From contig CAJTZS010000002.1 in NCBI GenBank assembly GCA_910584055.1, forward strand, positions 12,343 through 76,342: a stretch of DNA of 64,000 nt, written 5' to 3'. This document shows positions 58,470-64,000 of the stretch, piece after piece. Every line of letters begins with the position of its first letter. Position 1 is the stretch's first letter. The stretch comes from an uncultured Muribaculaceae bacterium. Lineage in GTDB: Bacteria > Bacteroidota > Bacteroidia > Bacteroidales > Muribaculaceae. The notes beneath the pieces were generated by a model, which saw only the letters and a program-made list of their open reading frames with translations, was not told where the DNA came from and ran no database searches. Both the position numbers and the translations under genes were made by a program.

Positions 58470-60002
58470 TTATTTGATGATGCGTTTTGTAACCTTGCTA
58501 CCCTGCTTAACGATATAGATGCCGTTCTCGGGGTTAGCTACGCGTACGCCCTGGAGGTTGAAGTATTCAACAGGAGCGTTCTCGTCAACAACGAGGTCTT
58601 CAACACCGCTGCCTTCAGCGTTTTCGTCCCAAACTTTGAGAGTCTGATCGGCCCAAGCGTGCCAGTAGCCATCGCTTGTATTGGAATTCTTTCCCATACC
58701 TACCCAAACTTTTGTAGTGGCAGTAAGCTCGAATTCAACATACTGATAATATTTCTCAGGTTCATTTACGAAAGCGGCTGCAGCCTCACGTTCGTTTCCC
58801 GAATCATTACGATAGATAGCTTTATTTTTCGTTTCATAAGGGAACACATCTTTCCAATCATCTTTTCCGGTGGGAGTGTCATTACCGGCTATACGCACCG
58901 GGTTATTGTGAGGCATAGCTTCAAGATCTCCATTACAGATTTCCCAGCAGTCCTTCACACGCGTGCGTACATCCTTACCCTCCGTCAAATCACCAAGATC
59001 GTCCGCCCAATTGAGATCTTTAGGGCACAAGGCATTCTGCGACATAAAGATGTAAGCATGATCATAAGTAATCTGCTCCTCATAATCATTCGCTTCAAAC
59101 CAATCTTTAGGAGTGCGGTTCAAACGTCCATATGCAGGCTGAGGTGTGCCGTCGTCCAGCAAATTGGAGCATGGCCACTTGTGGTTATAATAATTCCCTT
59201 TTGCGTCCACTTCTGAACCGTAGCGATGGAAACAAAGCATACCGAAACGATATTTACCTGCGGGAAGTTCGATCTGTTGACCATATTTGTAGGGAGAACC
59301 TCCGCATTTGCGATAGTCACCACCACCGGAGCCATCTTTCTGCACGTCCGGGGTCTTCTCTCCGTTATCGGCATTTACATTATCCCAAGAACGTTTAGAA
59401 TTCAACCCTTCAGAGAAATCACCGTTTATAACATTAACATCCCCCTTGGGACCCTTTACCTTGAAATTATCGAAACAACTCCATTCATCATGATAGCAAC
59501 CTGTGTTTGCAATACCAAAAACGAGATCTCCACCCTGATGATTTACGGTAACTGTATTAACATATCTACCGCCCTCAAAAGCAGCGTTGGCCTCTTCCAT
59601 ACTATTGGGATATGAGGCAGCATCTTTGTCAAAAAGACCTTCCACCTTTTTCTGTGCATTCCCAATGAATATAAAGGCTGTATGAAGCGCTTCATTACCC
59701 GGCATATTGGCTTTTGCATAATCGTTATTGCCACAACGATAGAAAGCATTGCAAGTAAGGGTGTATTCACCAGCTTCAGCATTCGGGATAACCTGATATG
59801 TGCGGAATGCACCATTCCAGATTTCTCCGACACCCTTATCCACAGCACCAATTGCTCCTTGCCAACCTGGAACATAAGTGGCATCCTTGATATACTTGTG
59901 GGTTACATCCACCCACGCACCCGCATTGGCTGAGAGTGCTACGACTGCAGCCGCACCTGCGAGCATAAGATTACGTTTGTAATTTTTTGTAAACATACGC
60001 AT
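58470..60002 (-). CDS. Secreted protein with two jelly-roll-like repeats and T9SS-type C-terminal domain
   Basis: SPI signal (..SANA-G); YQVIPNAEAGEYTLTCNAFYR and QQIELPAGKYRFGMLCFHR repeats; tail SGVEDLVVDENAPVEYFNLQGVRVANPENGIYIVKQGSKVTKRIIK. Confidence 0.8.
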   Translation of the reverse strand: MRMFTKNYKRNLMLAGAAAVVALSANAGAWVDVTHKYIKDATYVPGWQGAIGAVDKGVGEIWNGAFRTYQVIPNAEAGEYTLTCNAFYRCGNNDYAKANMPGNEALHTAFIFIGNAQKKVEGLFDKDAASYPNSMEEANAAFEGGRYVNTVTVNHQGGDLVFGIANTGCYHDEWSCFDNFKVKGPKGDVNVINGDFSEGLNSKRSWDNVNADNGEKTPDVQKDGSGGGDYRKCGGSPYKYGQQIELPAGKYRFGMLCFHRYGSEVDAKGNYYNHKWPCSNLLDDGTPQPAYGRLNRTPKDWFEANDYEEQITYDHAYIFMSQNALCPKDLNWADDLGDLTEGKDVRTRVKDCWEICNGDLEAMPHNNPVRIAGNDTPTGKDDWKDVFPYETKNKAIYRNDSGNEREAAAAFVNEPEKYYQYVEFELTATTKVWVGMGKNSNTSDGYWHAWADQTLKVWDENAEGSGVEDLVVDENAPVEYFNLQGVRVANPENGIYIVKQGSKVTKRIIK

Positions 60003-60046
60003 AATTTAGAATTTAAATTAGAAATATAATCATTAAGTCTGAGGAA

Positions 60047-60081
60047 TATGTCGCGATGCGCTGTTTACACATCGCGACATA
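60047..60081. terminator. Intra-operon stem-loop after susD
   Basis: TATGTCGCGATG / CATCGCGACATA. Confidence 0.55.
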
Positions 60082-60091
60082 CAGAATCATA

Positions 60092-61834
60092 TCATACTCC
60101 CTGATAGCCGGGGTTTTGAGACCAATTAGTGTTGGAATTGAGAATGTCCTGATGGATAGGCATCAGTCGGCGGTTAGGATCTTTCGCTCCCTGACGCTCC
60201 ACCCAATGGAACTCGGTGTGCTCTGCATTATCCCATACCTTATAGCGGTTTTTCTCACCCCAGTCTGCTTCGAACTGACCGAAACGGATAAGGTCGTTGC
60301 GACGCCAAGGCTCGAGGATAAACTCACGCGAACGCTCGTCGAGAAGTTCCTGGAAACTCGGGGTTGCAGTCACATGCGGAGCCGAAGAACAATCTCGCAC
60401 CTCATTCATCAATGAAGCGGGAGTGTGACCCATTGTGGCTGTGGATCCCCGCATGATACACTCTGCCTTTGTCAGAAGAATGTCGGCATAGCGGAAGATA
60501 GGATAATCGTTGGCCTGTTGGCGATTCCAGAGCATAAAGTCTTCCTGTCGCGGAGGATACTTACATAGACGCGCCCCTTTCTGAATATTTAACAGAGCCG
60601 TGCCGTTCGCAATAGTGGTCTTGTTTACGGCAGGTAACGATTCGTCACCGAGAGAATAAATGCTTCCGTCATCGAATTCAAAGTCTTCCCTGTAATTCAG
60701 TTGCCCGATAAGAGTATTAGGTCTGGTAGGATCCTTATAGAGCATAACCGGCTCGTCAGTAAACTCATAATTAGCATCCATTTTGAACTGCGGCCCCTTG
60801 AGCACAATCTTGTTACGCTCGTCGCCGGGAAGGTTGAAACGAGCCACTGCCTCCTTGGTCATGACCGTATTTCCCGCGGTAGACATTGGATTCTCCCATC
60901 CATAAGGGAAGGGACGCAGAAGACCCTCCTTCTTGAAACCGAACCACCGATGCCACGTAACAGTGCCGTCGCCCTTGGTAGCGGGATCAACGTCATGGGC
61001 GTAGATGAAATCCTTGATATGCACTCCATTGTCGGGGAAGAATTTCTTGCGATAGCCCTTACCGACCTCGAAGACACCCGATTTTATGATCTCGTCACAC
61101 CATTTCACACAGTCGTTCAGTTTTTCATTTGGCGTATCGTTAGTCACAGTAGTGATCGGATTGGTATAAACTCCCCAGTTGAGATAGAGCTTCACGAGAA
61201 GGGAAGCTGCCATCCAATAGTTGGGCTTGCCGTAAGTGGAGGCATCGTTCTTTTTGCTCAGGCCATCCTCCTGACCCAGAATCTCAAGCAGCTCGGACTC
61301 GATCCAGCGGGCCACGTCGGCGCGAGGCCTGCGGTCAATGCGCTCGCCCTCCTGCACCACATGGTCCATAATAGGAGTGTCGCCCCACAGTTCCATCATC
61401 CAAAAGTGATAATAGGCGCGCATTGCGCGTACGGGAGCCACAATAGCATCCCTCTGCTCCGGACCTCCATAAGCGAGAATCTTTGAATTGCATTGGGTTA
61501 TACCTTCCATACAGCCTCCGATCATGCGGGTGTTCCAGTTTGCGAGCGTGAGGGAATGTATTGAGCCGTTGATGGCGCGGCCATCGTCATAATAGTTGCC
61601 GAGAGTGTAACATACACCCATAATCTCGTCACCCTGGTTAACGACTCCTTCATTGAAGTCACGACCGAACCAATTGTAGAGATAGCGGTAGCAACTGTTA
61701 AACTCTCCTTCCACTGCGATCGGATTGTCGGGGAGGGTTTCGTAGCGTGTATCCAAATCTACGTTGAGGTCGGTGCACGCTGTCATGCCGATGAAAGCAG
61801 AACCCAACATCAACACTTTAATATATGATTTCAT
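60092..61834 (-). CDS. SusD/RagB family lipoprotein
   Basis: Lipobox MTA-C; RAMRAYYHF, FRYADILLTKAE, ERSREF..EPWRRNDLIRFG, QNPGY. Confidence 0.95.
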   Translation of the reverse strand: MKSYIKVLMLGSAFIGMTACTDLNVDLDTRYETLPDNPIAVEGEFNSCYRYLYNWFGRDFNEGVVNQGDEIMGVCYTLGNYYDDGRAINGSIHSLTLANWNTRMIGGCMEGITQCNSKILAYGGPEQRDAIVAPVRAMRAYYHFWMMELWGDTPIMDHVVQEGERIDRRPRADVARWIESELLEILGQEDGLSKKNDASTYGKPNYWMAASLLVKLYLNWGVYTNPITTVTNDTPNEKLNDCVKWCDEIIKSGVFEVGKGYRKKFFPDNGVHIKDFIYAHDVDPATKGDGTVTWHRWFGFKKEGLLRPFPYGWENPMSTAGNTVMTKEAVARFNLPGDERNKIVLKGPQFKMDANYEFTDEPVMLYKDPTRPNTLIGQLNYREDFEFDDGSIYSLGDESLPAVNKTTIANGTALLNIQKGARLCKYPPRQEDFMLWNRQQANDYPIFRYADILLTKAECIMRGSTATMGHTPASLMNEVRDCSSAPHVTATPSFQELLDERSREFILEPWRRNDLIRFGQFEADWGEKNRYKVWDNAEHTEFHWVERQGAKDPNRRLMPIHQDILNSNTNWSQNPGYQGV

Positions 61835-61871
61835 AATCTTTTCAGTTTAAGCTTTAAAAATCCTATTTTCT

Positions 61872-64000
61872 TTAGAAATTGATGTTGAGGCCCACGAGAA
61901 TCTGGCGCGTGCGGGGATAATGATCCCAACGGGTGTCATGTCCAGGCTCCAGTCCTCCGAGACAAATCTCCGGATCGCGACCCTTATAGCCTGTGATGGT
62001 GAACACATTGTTGGCCGAAACATATACACGGATGTCGCGGAGCCAGCCGTTGAAGCAGTTGCGGAAGGTATAGCCGAGCGTAACGGTAGCGAGTTTGAAG
62101 TAGCTGCCATCCTCAAGGTAACGGTTGGAAGGATAATGGGCGAGTCCATCGGTGGCGAGCTGCTCGTCGCGTACGGAAGCGAGCACGTTCTTACCCTGTG
62201 ACACGGCACCGATATATGAGAAATATGCGCGGGGTTCGTTGAATATCTTCTGTCCGAACACTCCGGTAAAGAAGAGGTTGAGATCGAAGTTCTTCCACGT
62301 CAAGTTGTTGTTCCATCCCATGGTGAGTTTGGGTTGTGCAGTGCCGCATTTCACGCGATCCTTCTCACCAGGGTTCTGCGTTGTGACGCGGTTACCGTCT
62401 GCATCAAGCACATAGTCGCCGGTGTTGACATCATGCTCGTAGAATGTTGACTGACCTTTGTCGTTGTATCCGGCCCATTCCCAGAGGTAGAACGTACCGA
62501 TCGGTTCACCCTCCACGATGCGCTGCGTGGAGCAGCCCTGCGACAGACCGGGCATGTTCGGGTCATATCGGTTCAGTATGCCGGCGTTGAACTCCGTGTT
62601 GGAGACAGACACCACCTTGTTCTGGTTGTGAGAGAAATTGAGCGATGTTGTCCAGGTAAAGTCACCTTGGAAGGGAACCGCGTTCACCGAGATCTCGAAA
62701 CCACGGTTGCGCATCCTTCCCACATTGGCTGTGAGTTTATCGACGGGATAGATGGCAGTCGAGACGGGATAATCCCAGATCATATCCTTGGTGTCCTTGT
62801 TGTAATACTCGATTGTTCCGTTAATGCGTCCACCGAGGAATGCGAAATCAAGACCGATATTGAGCATCGACGTAGTCTCCCACTTGAGGTTGTCGTTCAC
62901 ATTACGCGCTGCGTTAAGGCTCTTGTAACTATGTTCAACCCCGTTTTCGTCTACATAGGTAAAGCGAGGTCCGGCCTGATAGAAGAAACGGGAGGTGTAG
63001 ATGTCGAAACCCTGCGCATTACCGCTCTGTCCCCACCCCACGCGGAGCTTGAGGTCGGTGAGCCATCCGGCGCTCGCTTCCATGAAGTCCTCGCCGGTTA
63101 CACGCCAGGCCACGGATGCCGAGGGGAATGTGGCCCACTTGTTGTTGGTTCCGAAAGTGGAGGCGCCGTCGCGGCGAACAGCCGCCTGGAGTAGATATTT
63201 CGATTTATAAGAATAGTTGGCGCGTCCGTAGAAGGAGATCATGCGTGTGGTGGATTTCAGCTTACCCCATACAGGATCCGTATCCCATGAGTTGGCCATA
63301 CCTATGTCATTCCAGCCGAGGGAATCGTCATAGTAGTTGTAGCCCTTTGCACCGAAACCGTCCTCGTTCTCGCGCTGTTCCCAGGAGTAACCAGCCATGA
63401 GAGCCATGCGGTGATCCTCGCCAAAGTCCTTGTCATAGTTGGCGAATATCTCCATAAGCTTGCTTTCCCAGTCCATAACTTCCCGCGAGACTTGGCCATG
63501 ACGGTGGTTGGTCTGCGATTGGGTTGAGAGATACTCCTTATAATGCTTGTTCTGATTCTCATAAGAGAAATTGCCATTGAGATAAAGGCCCTCTATAATT
63601 TTGAGGCGAGCCTTACCCGTCACCTGCCAACGCTTGAAGGTGGCTTTTGACTTATCCTCGTATACCTGAGCGAGGGGGTTGTAATACTGCGACACGTCCG
63701 TGTTGCAATACCAGGAACCATCCTCGTTGCGCACAGGTTCCAGCGGAGAATAATAATACATGGCCTCATACACGGAAGCTCCCTGCTTGTTTCGGGGAAC
63801 GCCCCATTCGTTACGGATGTTGCCGTTGACACCCACGCCCAAAAGGAGACGATCCTTGAGGAGCTTCGACTCAACATATGCACGCGCGGTGAAAAGGTTG
63901 TTACCCACTCCCTGGATAATTCCATCACGCTTTATATAATTCACAGAAGCGTTATAGTTCGTATTTTTCGAACCGCCCGAGATGGATAGATTATGATTGG
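61872..64000 (-). CDS. SusC/RagA TonB-dependent transporter, 3' part (start beyond window)
   Basis: SFYGRANYSY, RRDGAS.FG.NNKW, LKWETT, YLEDGSYFKL, C-terminal F; frame open to the window edge. Confidence 0.95.
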   Translation of the reverse strand, partial: NHNLSISGGSKNTNYNASVNYIKRDGIIQGVGNNLFTARAYVESKLLKDRLLLGVGVNGNIRNEWGVPRNKQGASVYEAMYYYSPLEPVRNEDGSWYCNTDVSQYYNPLAQVYEDKSKATFKRWQVTGKARLKIIEGLYLNGNFSYENQNKHYKEYLSTQSQTNHRHGQVSREVMDWESKLMEIFANYDKDFGEDHRMALMAGYSWEQRENEDGFGAKGYNYYDDSLGWNDIGMANSWDTDPVWGKLKSTTRMISFYGRANYSYKSKYLLQAAVRRDGASTFGTNNKWATFPSASVAWRVTGEDFMEASAGWLTDLKLRVGWGQSGNAQGFDIYTSRFFYQAGPRFTYVDENGVEHSYKSLNAARNVNDNLKWETTSMLNIGLDFAFLGGRINGTIEYYNKDTKDMIWDYPVSTAIYPVDKLTANVGRMRNRGFEISVNAVPFQGDFTWTTSLNFSHNQNKVVSVSNTEFNAGILNRYDPNMPGLSQGCSTQRIVEGEPIGTFYLWEWAGYNDKGQSTFYEHDVNTGDYVLDADGNRVTTQNPGEKDRVKCGTAQPKLTMGWNNNLTWKNFDLNLFFTGVFGQKIFNEPRAYFSYIGAVSQGKNVLASVRDEQLATDGLAHYPSNRYLEDGSYFKLATVTLGYTFRNCFNGWLRDIRVYVSANNVFTITGYKGRDPEICLGGLEPGHDTRWDHYPRTRQILVGLNINF

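Noticed and set aside
1..64000. CRISPR array, intact transposase/integrase, rRNA
   Set aside because: No regularly spaced repeat-spacer array, recombinase ORF or rRNA-like sequence seen

Overview
Bacteroidales chromosomal window. TAnnTTTG promoters, SusC/SusD pairs and short T9SS-type C-terminal tails suggest a Muribaculaceae-like gut bacterium (inference). Layout: (i) 1-10.5 kb housekeeping genes: rlmN (partial), SurA/PpiD-like chaperone, metK with a SAM-II-type riboswitch, crcB, secDF and an Ig-like lipoprotein. (ii) 10.5-29.7 kb, a complete ECF-sigma/anti-sigma polysaccharide utilization locus (PUL): GH27, SusC, SusD, GH43-like, two paralogous repeat proteins, GH2, GH3, a frameshifted O-acetylesterase and GH16. 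(iii) sdhCAB/frdCAB with an unusually extended SdhC. (iv) tRNA-Arg(TCT) followed by a ~5 kb degenerate, integrase-less accessory island: AAA_14/DUF4143 ATPase, an unannotated micro-operon of two small membrane peptides plus a very acidic protein, a Schlafen/AlbA_2-RecG-C protein and an oriT-like remnant. (v) ktrB/trkH, hemerythrin-LuxR regulator, PepSY-like protein, NagX-like acetyltransferase and a second SusC/D pair. (vi) A second glycan locus: two GH92, GH28, an unclassified clan GH-A-like/ricin/LamG T9SS protein, a T9SS repeat protein, SusD and a partial SusC. The most notable unexplained signals are a 21-bp inverted-repeat-bounded promoter segment in front of crcB, one glycan-binding module deployed both as a lipoprotein and as T9SS cargo, the small-peptide/acidic-protein operon next to a Schlafen gene, and a GTAG-type REP doublet. 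All family calls come from motif recognition; no database searches were run.
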